From positions 13,080 to 77,079 of the forward strand of contig CAYSZD010000003.1 in the NCBI GenBank assembly GCA_964435515.1: a stretch of 64,000 nt of DNA. The letters run 5' to 3'. This document shows, piece by piece, positions 45,189 through 54,471 of the stretch (position 1 is the first letter of the stretch; each line of letters begins with the position of its first letter). The translations under genes were made by a program, and so were the position numbers. Below the pieces are notes generated by a model. It saw nothing but the letters and a program-made list of their open reading frames with translations, was not told the origin of the DNA and made no database searches. Source of the stretch: an uncultured Gammaproteobacteria bacterium. Its GTDB lineage: Bacteria > Patescibacteriota > Patescibacteriia > Patescibacteriales > UBA12465.

Positions 45189-46466
45189 CTAAAAAGGAAA
45201 TTTAGCATACACACCTCTGGCCCCTAATTCATCAGCAATCTGTAATAAACGATTATATTTAGCTGTTCTTTCGCTACGACAAGGAGCGCCTGTCTTTATC
45301 TGCCCGGTACCCATGGCCACTGATAAATCGGCAATAAAAGTATCCTCGGTTTCTCCGCTACGATGTGAAATTACCGAAGTAAAATTATTTTTTTTAGCCA
45401 TTAAAATAGCTTCAATTGTTTCACTAACAGTACCGATTTGATTTAATTTTATCAAAATAGAATTAGAGCTATGCTCTTTTATCCCCCTAGTTAAACGTTC
45501 GGTATTGGTAACATATAAATCATCTCCAACAACTTGAATATCAGGCATAGCTTCATAGAATGCCTTAAAGCCATCCCAATCATCTTCAGCTAAAGGATCT
45601 TCAAAAGATTTAATTGGATATTTCTTAGCTAATTCTTGATAGAAATTAATAAGCTCCTGGCTATTCATTTTTTTAGCCTCCTTATGTAGATTATATAAAC
45701 CATCCTGATAGAATTCTGTGGCCGCTGCATCAATACCAAGCACAATATCTTTACCAGCAACATAAGAAGAGGCTTCAATCGCTTTTATTAAATATTGAAA
45801 AGCTTCTTCATTGTTTTTAAAATTAGGAGCAAAGCCACCTTCATCACCAACACTTATCTTATAGTTATCACCTTTTAATATCTTTTTCAAAGAATGATAA
45901 ACTTCAGAACCCATCCTAACCGCTTGAGCCATATTCGTCGCACCAACAGCTAAAATCATATATTCTTGAATATCTGTCGCCCAATCTGCATGCCTACCAC
46001 CATTTAAAAGATTCATCATGGGGATTGGTAAAATATACTCACCATGAAAATCAGGGTTAAATTTACTTAAATATTCATACAAAGGCATTTTTAAAGATAC
46101 GGCCGCAGCCCGAGCACAAGCCATGGAAACAGCTAAAATAGCATTAGCACCAAGATTTTGTTTATTATCACTTGCATCTAAATCATTCATAGTCCTATCA
46201 ACTAAAGTTTGATCACTTGCTTCAATCCCGATTAATGCAGGGGCGATTTTATTTTTTATATTATCTATAGCCTTTAAAACTCCAGCACCATGATATCTTG
46301 TATTATCACCATCTCTTAATTCCACTGCCTCATAGGCTCCAGTGGACGCACCAGATGGAACAGCAGCAGATCCTAGACTTCCATCGTCTAAAATAACTTG
46401 AGCTGAAACAGTCGGGTTACCCCTTGAATCCAAAATTTCTAAAGCTTTAATTTGAATTATTTTCAT
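45189..46466 (-). CDS. eno: enolase
   Basis: [19 protein letters not shown] and [15 protein letters not shown]. Confidence 0.96.
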   Translation of the reverse strand: MKIIQIKALEILDSRGNPTVSAQVILDDGSLGSAAVPSGASTGAYEAVELRDGDNTRYHGAGVLKAIDNIKNKIAPALIGIEASDQTLVDRTMNDLDASDNKQNLGANAILAVSMACARAAAVSLKMPLYEYLSKFNPDFHGEYILPIPMMNLLNGGRHADWATDIQEYMILAVGATNMAQAVRMGSEVYHSLKKILKGDNYKISVGDEGGFAPNFKNNEEAFQYLIKAIEASSYVAGKDIVLGIDAAATEFYQDGLYNLHKEAKKMNSQELINFYQELAKKYPIKSFEDPLAEDDWDGFKAFYEAMPDIQVVGDDLYVTNTERLTRGIKEHSSNSILIKLNQIGTVSETIEAILMAKKNNFTSVISHRSGETEDTFIADLSVAMGTGQIKTGAPCRSERTAKYNRLLQIADELGARGVYAKFPF

Positions 46467-46481
46467 ATAATTTAATAATAA

Positions 46482-47513
46482 TTAATTAATCAAATTACTT
46501 TTATAAATACTGACCTCGGTCCTCTCAATTACTTTTTTCAACATTTTCACTGCTAGCACAGGGTATTCTCCAACCGTTGTTTCATCAGAAAGCATGATCA
46601 TGTCAGCTCCATCGTATACAGCGTTAGCGATGTCTGATACCTCGGCTCTAGTAGGATGTGGATTTTTAATCATTGAGGTCATCACTTGAGTAGCAATAAT
46701 AACAGGACGATTGTGCCAATGAGCATGACGCACTAAATTCTTTTGTATAATAGGTAATTCTTCAATAGGAACTTCAATGCCCAGGTCACCACGAGCAACC
46801 ATAATCATATCAGAGCTAGAAATTATTTTATCAATATTTTTCAAAGCTACGCCTCTTTCAATTTTAGAAATTATTTTTGTCTTACTTTTCTTACCAATCA
46901 TTTTTCTTAATCTATGAACATCTTCAGCTGACTGAACAAATGAGAGAGCAATATAATCCATTCCTGTCTTCAAGCCAAACTTTACATCTTTTATATCTTT
47001 ACTAGTTAATCCTCCTTTTTTAATAATCGTATCAGGAACATTAATGCTTTTGCGAGAATTTAAAATTCCACCATTAACTACTTCGGCTTTAATAATTTTT
47101 TTATCAACAGATAATACCTTTAACTCAATAGCACCATTACACAAAAAAAGCATGGCTCCCTTCTTCATATGTCGATATAAATCAGGACTATCAATCGGTA
47201 TAATATCTCCTTCCTTTTCATAGGCTTGACGAGTATAACTAAAATTATATATTTCAGCATCATGCATTAAAATACCATCTTCTGGCATTTGCCCTACCCT
47301 AATTCTTGGACCCTGAAGATCTAACATAATTTTAATCTCTTTCTTCTTAGCTTCATTATATAACTGTACTGTCTTTTTAATGCGACGATATTGAGGATAG
47401 CTAGCATGTGAAAAATTCACTCTTACAACTTCTACTCCAGCGTCTAAAAGAGCTCTTAATTCTTCTCGAGAATCACTTTTTGGTCCAATGGTAGCAACTA
47501 TTTTGGTAAGCAT
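46482..47513 (-). CDS. pyk: pyruvate kinase, short form lacking the C-terminal (C) domain
   Basis: KIVATIGP, RVNFSH and MVARGDLGIE. It ends after the A-domain at 343 aa, and eno starts 15 nt downstream, so no room remains for a C-domain remnant. Confidence 0.85.
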   Translation of the reverse strand: MLTKIVATIGPKSDSREELRALLDAGVEVVRVNFSHASYPQYRRIKKTVQLYNEAKKKEIKIMLDLQGPRIRVGQMPEDGILMHDAEIYNFSYTRQAYEKEGDIIPIDSPDLYRHMKKGAMLFLCNGAIELKVLSVDKKIIKAEVVNGGILNSRKSINVPDTIIKKGGLTSKDIKDVKFGLKTGMDYIALSFVQSAEDVHRLRKMIGKKSKTKIISKIERGVALKNIDKIISSSDMIMVARGDLGIEVPIEELPIIQKNLVRHAHWHNRPVIIATQVMTSMIKNPHPTRAEVSDIANAVYDGADMIMLSDETTVGEYPVLAVKMLKKVIERTEVSIYKSNLIN

Positions 47514-47527
47514 AAATGTTTTTTATT

Positions 47528-48685
47528 CTAATTTTTTAATTTTTGTAACTCTAACATTAACTGTTGATAAAACTCAAGATTATTTAAACTGGCTAATTTC
47601 TGACCTAATGGTTCTTTGAGTTTAAACAAATGATACAAATAGGCTTTGGTATAATTACGTAATTCAGCAAACTGACTATTTTTATTAATAGGAGAAAAAT
47701 CTTCTCTAAAAATTGCATTATTTATATTAACAGTTTTATAGAAAGCCGGAAAGCTCTTGATAGCTCCTGCCTTTTTAGGCAAGTTAGTAAATCCCTTAAA
47801 TTTTGGCATAAAATAGAATAAACGACCATGTCTACCCTCTCTAGTAGGGATTACACAATCAAACATATCCCAGCCCATAAGATACGAACGATAGATATCT
47901 TCTGGTAAACCCACTCCTAAAGCAAAACGAATAGCTTTTTTAGGTAAAAAGGAAGCAGTTTTAAATAAAGTATCTGCTAAAAAATTACCATCTTCATCAA
48001 TTGGTCGAGCCCCAAAACCATAAATATCAAATCCAATCTTAATAAGTTCCTGAGCGCAAAAACTACGTAAATCTTCATGCTCGCCCCCTTGCACTACCGC
48101 TGTTAATAAAGGTCTATTAGCATCAGTTAATTTTCTCTTTTTCACTTGTTTTATATATTCCAGCTTACATCTTTTAGCCCAAGCAATACTACGATGTACG
48201 GCAATTTCCAACTTTTCTCGTGGCCAGTCATTAGGGGGACAATCATCTAAACAAACCATCATATCAACTCCTAAGTCAAATTGTATTTGAATAGACTTTT
48301 CTGGGCTTAAGTGATGCCAAGAACCATTAAGCGGAGATTTAAAAGAAACTTGTTCATCATCCGCCTTACCCATTGAGCCAGTTTTGCGATGCACTAAAGA
48401 AAATATCTGAAAGCCACCAGAGTCAGAAAGTATGGGTCCTGGCCAATCCATAAAACTATGCACACCACCAGCTTTTTTAATTATATCTGTGCCTGGCTGT
48501 AAATAAAGATGAAAAGTATTCACCACTAAAGCCTTAGTGTCTGAAAGTAATAAATCATTCTTAGTTAAGCCTTTAATAAAAGCCCTAGTCGCATCAGGCA
48601 TAAAGAAAGGTGTTTTTAATACACCTTTCTTAGTATGAACGCGCAGTTTACGTAAATTAAATTTATTTTTATTAATACTACTCAT
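47528..48685 (-). CDS. tgt: tRNA-guanine transglycosylase family protein with a degenerate Zn site
   Basis: TPFFMPDAT, NTFHLYLQPG, LSDSGGFQ, LDDCPP, VVQGG and MFDCVIPTREGRHGR are conserved. The CxCxxC...H Zn ligands are replaced (SQFAEL...N). Confidence 0.8.
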   Translation of the reverse strand: MSSINKNKFNLRKLRVHTKKGVLKTPFFMPDATRAFIKGLTKNDLLLSDTKALVVNTFHLYLQPGTDIIKKAGGVHSFMDWPGPILSDSGGFQIFSLVHRKTGSMGKADDEQVSFKSPLNGSWHHLSPEKSIQIQFDLGVDMMVCLDDCPPNDWPREKLEIAVHRSIAWAKRCKLEYIKQVKKRKLTDANRPLLTAVVQGGEHEDLRSFCAQELIKIGFDIYGFGARPIDEDGNFLADTLFKTASFLPKKAIRFALGVGLPEDIYRSYLMGWDMFDCVIPTREGRHGRLFYFMPKFKGFTNLPKKAGAIKSFPAFYKTVNINNAIFREDFSPINKNSQFAELRNYTKAYLYHLFKLKEPLGQKLASLNNLEFYQQLMLELQKLKN

Positions 48686-48686
48686 A

Positions 48687-50717
48687 TTATTCTACTCGAC
48701 CATTATTAGATAATCCAGCAATTTCATCATCTTCTAATTTAGTTGTTTTAGCCTGACTCTTTCTAGAAATTTCCGATTTAGTAATAATATCAGTTGCCTT
48801 AACAACTGAACCAGGTGATAATATTAATATTTTATCACGATCACTTTCCTTAGGGGTAAGGCTAATACTAAATTCGGCATCTGCTCGATAAACAGATAAA
48901 GGTAGATAACCTAAACGCCAAGTTACTATCCTGCTATCTTCATCATAAAAAATCCGTCCTACATTAGTGTTAGAATCTGATTCCCAGTTAATACCAGCGG
49001 GCAAGCTCATAAATACCTCAGTATCCTCTAAATCATGTAAATTATTTTTAATAGTCCACATAACCCTAACGCTAGTTTTTTCACCTACTCTAGGAGGTAA
49101 AGGACCTGAGCCGACTGGTAAATTATCATCGTTGAAATAAACAATTTTTTCGCTTAAAGACAAATCGCTATTTAGCTTGCTATGAATAGTATTGCTACGA
49201 TTATCTTCACTATCATTTTCAAGCGGAGTATTCAAGCCATATTGAGCATAGCTAACAATCTCATTATCAGCCGACATATCATTTAAAGAAAAATCATTCA
49301 AATTTAAACTAAATTTAATTTCACCTGATTCTCCCGGCGCAAGTTCAGCTAAAATTGGTAAATCCTCTTTTGTCCAAACAATGGCATTACCCGCCACAGA
49401 ACCACCTAAAGGATCCTTTAAACTAGACCAATCTATAAATTGACCTTTTACAACAGCCATTAATACTACATTATATAAAACCGCTTCCCCATTATTAGCA
49501 TAGCTAAGACTATAATTTAACTCAGAGCCAAAATCTATTGCTTGATCAGATTTATTATCATTTAATGATAGTTCTATATTTAAATCACTACTGACTAAAT
49601 CAAAGGATAATGTTTTTTCCCAAAAGATAAATTCTTTATTATTCTCATCTTTTTGGAAAAGTTTAAAACTAATATCTTCTTTTTCATCCTTCTTTTCTTT
49701 AAAGCTAAAGTCCAAAGGTACGCTTACGCGCTCACTAGATTCTAATGGTAAATTAGTAATAGACCATAGAAAATCCCCTGTTTTTTCAATTACCACTTTC
49801 TTATCATCAACGACCTCCTCGCTACTACTAGCATTATCACCCTGATTGCCATTACTACTTGTAGTTTTATTAATTTGTAAATTATCAGAACCTGTTATTT
49901 CTAAATATACATTTTGTAAATTATTATTTTGAAAAGCAGAAAAATTTAACTTAAGTTCATTATTTTTTTCTACTAGAGCAGTATTAATATAATCCAGATT
50001 GAGCAGAAAACCCAGACCAGATATAACAGTATTGGCGCTGGCTTCTTTTTTAAATTCACTAGAAAAATTTGAAGGCGTATAAGTAAAACGAGCATTAATA
50101 ATATTAGCCGAGTCGAGTGCGGAAACTAAATAACCACTAATCTTTAAAACTGATTTTTCTTTTGGATTTATAGTATCAATTTTCCACTTTTTAAAAGTAT
50201 CTAAGACTGGATCACTTTCAGTCAGTACAAAACTATCCGGCAAAACTAACTCTACCGTTACATCACTTAAAGTTAAATCACTATTATTTTCATAGACAAT
50301 TTCATAGCTCATTGCCTCACCAGCTACTACTTTTTCTGGGGCATTAATATAAAAGAGTAAGTCGTCTTCACTGTTTGAATTCTGAAAATAGAAAAAATAA
50401 GCTCCATAAATAGCACAAGCTATAATAGTTAACACAAATACTTTCTTAAAAAAAGCTATTAAAGGTATTCTTTTTCTTTTTTTTACTTTACTAACATCAA
50501 CTGGCTCACCACGATTATCACTATAGATAGCAGAAAGATTATTATCCGTGTCTTCTAATATCGCTTCCCTTTTTACCAAATCATCAAAACGAGAAACATC
50601 ATCCGATTCTGGTAATGGTCTTTCCAAAAAAGAAGCTTCAAGAGAAGACTGATCAAGTTTCAATTTTTTACCCTTACTCATCTTTTTGTCACTTTTCTTG
50701 TTTTTTTCAATAGACAT
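48687..50717 (-). CDS. large TM-anchored beta-rich surface protein; paralogue of ORF 11908-12981
   Basis: 676 aa: charged N-terminus, one TM (VFVLTIIACAIYGAYFFYF), then repeated segments of the type MSYEIVYENNSDLTLSDVTVELVLP and LNYSLSYANNGEAVLYNVVLMAVV. The C-terminal ~150 aa is alignable to ORF 11908-12981. Confidence 0.6.
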   Translation of the reverse strand: MSIEKNKKSDKKMSKGKKLKLDQSSLEASFLERPLPESDDVSRFDDLVKREAILEDTDNNLSAIYSDNRGEPVDVSKVKKRKRIPLIAFFKKVFVLTIIACAIYGAYFFYFQNSNSEDDLLFYINAPEKVVAGEAMSYEIVYENNSDLTLSDVTVELVLPDSFVLTESDPVLDTFKKWKIDTINPKEKSVLKISGYLVSALDSANIINARFTYTPSNFSSEFKKEASANTVISGLGFLLNLDYINTALVEKNNELKLNFSAFQNNNLQNVYLEITGSDNLQINKTTSSNGNQGDNASSSEEVVDDKKVVIEKTGDFLWSITNLPLESSERVSVPLDFSFKEKKDEKEDISFKLFQKDENNKEFIFWEKTLSFDLVSSDLNIELSLNDNKSDQAIDFGSELNYSLSYANNGEAVLYNVVLMAVVKGQFIDWSSLKDPLGGSVAGNAIVWTKEDLPILAELAPGESGEIKFSLNLNDFSLNDMSADNEIVSYAQYGLNTPLENDSEDNRSNTIHSKLNSDLSLSEKIVYFNDDNLPVGSGPLPPRVGEKTSVRVMWTIKNNLHDLEDTEVFMSLPAGINWESDSNTNVGRIFYDEDSRIVTWRLGYLPLSVYRADAEFSISLTPKESDRDKILILSPGSVVKATDIITKSEISRKSQAKTTKLEDDEIAGLSNNGRVE

Positions 50718-50767
50718 GTATTTAAAAGAAGGTTAATAGAATATAAATATAATCTATTACCATCAAA

Positions 50768-53266
50768 CTAATTTTCAAGCAAAACTGCCTTTAAAATATC
50801 TCTGTTTAACATAAACTCATCAGACCAAGATGAATTATCTGGATAATTCCAAATATTACGCCAAGACGCTGGGATGCTTAAAGATAAATTATATTGAGCT
50901 GCTTTAGCGCCAGGCTGTTTTTGCACTAGCATAGAAAATGGGTAATAGCCAGATCTTTCACCAGCTAAGAGAGTTTGCAGCTTATCTAAATAATTATGCT
51001 GTTCTAATTCATTTTTTTTCAATTTAAATGGTAATCGGTATTTTAATGTTATAACAGAAGTCTCTCCGGGATCAGTCATAAGCCAATTAGCATAAACCGT
51101 TTTACCACTTTCTTTATATATTTTTGTAGCACTTTGTATATGAGTGAAAGCTTTAGCTTCATTTTCAGCAATAGCTGGAAAAACTAACCACTCAGGATCA
51201 GGCGTATCAAAATACATAGCATCAGGCTGTTTAAATCCGCTAGCTGATAATAACAAACTACCTTCTGGAACATACACCCTTAACCAATCTACATTTCTCA
51301 CTCCGCTAAATACTTCATTTTTTAAACCAGTATGTGTGCGATATATGGTAAGCGTATCAATAACACTACCGTCACTTAAAATCTCTGCCTGATGCTCAAC
51401 GCGATCCAACATGCGCCTATCAGTTTTTTGTCCAGCAATATTTGTATGAACCAACATTAAATAATCATGAGGCGCTGCTTTAACGGAAGCGTCTAAATCA
51501 TATTTATGCAAACTAGCTTGTAAATCTTCATCACTAAAATATAATAAAATATTTTTAGCAGCTAAATTTTTCTCTAAAGAAATTAATAGGGCTGGCATAT
51601 TTTCCGCACTCAAAACCTGAGGTAAACGCTCCATAATTTTTACCATTAAATCACCGATAATTTTTTTAGGTTCATTTTCAGGGCTATCAGGAAGACTTAA
51701 CACTAGTTCTGGATGACTTAATTCTAAATTTGGTTTTTCTACCACACTCTGTAATAATTCCCAAAAATTATCAGCATTAATACTAAGACCATATTCTTCC
51801 TGCAGGTCTATCTCACCGCTAATACGTAATAAATCTTCTAAAACATCCGGGGTAAAGCTAATAACACCATCAACCGTAGGCCCATCACTTTTTTCATAAA
51901 ACCACATTAAAGACCTAGCTGTTAATGGCCAATCAGGCCACCAATTAGCATCCCATAAATACCATCTCGGATTTACCAACCATAAAGGTTCTGGTGACTG
52001 AACAAAAGTACGCATACCAGCTTCAGTATCATATGAACCACCACTTGGAACCTCTAATTTTCTAATAGCTCCGTCTCTTATATCAACTAAAGCATAGCTA
52101 CCTAAAAATCCACCCGAGGCTCTCATTTCGGTATTATTTTGAAAAACTAACAAATAACGTTTATCCTGACTAACCCCTAAAAATGATTTAATCGACTGAG
52201 CTGAAGATAATAAAAGATCTAAAGACTGTACTGCTAAATCAGCTTGAGATCTAAAAGTGATAAATTGACTTTGATATTCCTGTGGCAATAAATCAAAGTT
52301 AATACTATAAAGTTCAGATTGAATAGTTTTAGCGTTATTTTGTGCCCGACCACCATAAACAACAAAAGAATCTATTAAAGTTCCCCAACTTTTATCTGTC
52401 TCTTGTTTTTCTAATGCAGCTCCAGCTAAACTAAGATTCTCCCCCATCTCCGCAGCTGCCATGCCAATGTTTATAAATTTTTTACTAAAAGCTGCCATTT
52501 TAATTTCTGGATCACGCGCTAAAGTGGCTAAAGGTAAAAGCCAATCATTTACTCCACTAAGAGAGTTTTGGGCAGCACTAAAATTATCTGCTGCTAAACT
52601 GAAATTACTAGCCGCATCTTGCCATGACATATGACTAGCATTATCAGCTGCATCAGCTAAATTTTCTACCCCCGATAAAGATTCACCCAAAACACTTGAT
52701 TTAAGATTTGGTAAATCAATTATTTTAAAATAAGCTAAAATTTTAAATGGAGCAATAATAATTAAAAGCACTAAAGAAAAAGCAAAAATTGAACGATACC
52801 ATTTTATGAGCACTTGATCTTTCTCTGAATGTTTTTTTGTATTAACACTTTTTTGTAATTTAGATAAATTCTTCCAAGCATAACTATGAAAATCTTGAAA
52901 ATAATATTTTGCACTCTTAAAGGCTGGCACTTGATAGCCTAAACGTTTTTTACGACGATAAAAAGAATATTTAGATAATAAATGAGAATGAAAATTAACG
53001 CGCCAACTTCTTTTATGTTGTGTATTTATAAAATTTCTTTGCCAAAATTTAACTTTAGTAGACTTTATACTAATAGATAAAATAAATTTATTTCTTTTAA
53101 ATTTTACAGTTTTAACTTTCTTTTCAGCTTTCAAATTATTATTTATCTTTTCTACTTTATTATCTTTTTCTTTAATTATAGATCTTAAATCAACTAAAAA
53201 AGAGTCAGATTGTTTAACTGGCTGATAATTGCTTTTATTCTTTTGAGAGTCAAATAATCCAAACAT
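50768..53266 (-). CDS. DUF4012-like membrane-anchored protein
   Basis: 832 aa with a basic N-terminus and one TM (IFAFSLVLLIIIAPFKIL). The core segment NNTEMRASGGFLGSYALVDIRDGAI matches my recollection of the DUF4012 signature. Confidence 0.55.
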   Translation of the reverse strand: MFGLFDSQKNKSNYQPVKQSDSFLVDLRSIIKEKDNKVEKINNNLKAEKKVKTVKFKRNKFILSISIKSTKVKFWQRNFINTQHKRSWRVNFHSHLLSKYSFYRRKKRLGYQVPAFKSAKYYFQDFHSYAWKNLSKLQKSVNTKKHSEKDQVLIKWYRSIFAFSLVLLIIIAPFKILAYFKIIDLPNLKSSVLGESLSGVENLADAADNASHMSWQDAASNFSLAADNFSAAQNSLSGVNDWLLPLATLARDPEIKMAAFSKKFINIGMAAAEMGENLSLAGAALEKQETDKSWGTLIDSFVVYGGRAQNNAKTIQSELYSINFDLLPQEYQSQFITFRSQADLAVQSLDLLLSSAQSIKSFLGVSQDKRYLLVFQNNTEMRASGGFLGSYALVDIRDGAIRKLEVPSGGSYDTEAGMRTFVQSPEPLWLVNPRWYLWDANWWPDWPLTARSLMWFYEKSDGPTVDGVISFTPDVLEDLLRISGEIDLQEEYGLSINADNFWELLQSVVEKPNLELSHPELVLSLPDSPENEPKKIIGDLMVKIMERLPQVLSAENMPALLISLEKNLAAKNILLYFSDEDLQASLHKYDLDASVKAAPHDYLMLVHTNIAGQKTDRRMLDRVEHQAEILSDGSVIDTLTIYRTHTGLKNEVFSGVRNVDWLRVYVPEGSLLLSASGFKQPDAMYFDTPDPEWLVFPAIAENEAKAFTHIQSATKIYKESGKTVYANWLMTDPGETSVITLKYRLPFKLKKNELEQHNYLDKLQTLLAGERSGYYPFSMLVQKQPGAKAAQYNLSLSIPASWRNIWNYPDNSSWSDEFMLNRDILKAVLLEN

Positions 53267-53268
53267 AA

Positions 53269-54471
53269 TTATTTATTCTCTAACACTGAACGATATATAT
53301 CAAGGGTCTTTTTAGCACAATTCGACCAACTAAAACGTTTAATATTTTCTAATCCCTTCTTAATTAAGTTTGCCCTTAAAACATTATCATTTATCATTAT
53401 TTTCATCTTATCTAAAATGTCATCTTCTCTATAGGGATCAAAGTACAAAGCAGCGTCACTCATAATTTCTGGTAAACTAGCCTGATCAGAAGAAAGAACT
53501 GGACAAGAATATGACATAGCCTCTAAAGGTGGTAAGCCAAAGCCTTCATAAAATGAGGGGAAAACATAAAACAAAGCCTGTTGGTAAAAATAAGACAAAT
53601 CTTCATCAGGCACATAACCAGGAAATATAAATAAATCTTTCTTAGCTTCTTTTGCTTCATTGCTAATTATTAAGGCTTGATCTTTTAAACGTTTATAAAA
53701 ATAATCCTCTTTGCCCACCATCACTAAAGATAAATTTCGATACTCTAGAGATAATTTTTGAAATATTATTAATAATGATTCTAAATTTTTATGAGGATAA
53801 GCATTGCCCACATATAAAATAAATGGTGTTTTTACCTTATACTTATCTAAAGACACTAGAAGCTCTTCCCTGTTTTTCTTATCTATAAAATTATTAGACA
53901 GCTTAGCCACTCCTTCATAACTAACTTTTATTTTACTAGCTCTAATTTTAAACTTATTAATAATATCCTCCTTAGTAAAATTTGATACGGTAATAATTTG
54001 TCTAGCATTTTTTAAAGCTTTTTTAATAACTACTCTATAAGCATATTGTTTAAACCAATAAAGAGTAGCGGGTAACATTGAAGCGCGACGACTAGGAAAA
54101 CGAGTTAGAATTAAATCATGAATTGTGACCACAAAAGGCACTGGGCAAAATATAGGTACATTAAAATGAGGAAAATGCATTAAGTCAAGCTTAGCCTTTT
54201 TAATAATTGTTGGAAAAAAAACTTGTTCACGCCAAGAATACCAGGGCAATAATAATAGTTTTTTCTCTACAAACTTAGAATTTATTTTAAAATCATCAAA
54301 ATTATCAGCACTTAAAAATATTACATACTCATATTCTCCTCCATTTTCTTCATTGATTTTAATTAAATTATCCACTACTTCTTGTACATAACGACCCAGG
54401 CCCTTTCCTAAGGGTCCGTAAAAACGAGCATCAATGCCTATTCTTTGGCGTTGTTTAATATTATTTAACAT
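53269..54471 (-). CDS. glycosyltransferase, GT4 (group 1) family
   Basis: The C-terminal PSFYEGFGLPPLEAMS motif. Its start overlaps the upstream stop (TAATG). Confidence 0.85.
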   Translation of the reverse strand: MLNNIKQRQRIGIDARFYGPLGKGLGRYVQEVVDNLIKINEENGGEYEYVIFLSADNFDDFKINSKFVEKKLLLLPWYSWREQVFFPTIIKKAKLDLMHFPHFNVPIFCPVPFVVTIHDLILTRFPSRRASMLPATLYWFKQYAYRVVIKKALKNARQIITVSNFTKEDIINKFKIRASKIKVSYEGVAKLSNNFIDKKNREELLVSLDKYKVKTPFILYVGNAYPHKNLESLLIIFQKLSLEYRNLSLVMVGKEDYFYKRLKDQALIISNEAKEAKKDLFIFPGYVPDEDLSYFYQQALFYVFPSFYEGFGLPPLEAMSYSCPVLSSDQASLPEIMSDAALYFDPYREDDILDKMKIMINDNVLRANLIKKGLENIKRFSWSNCAKKTLDIYRSVLENK

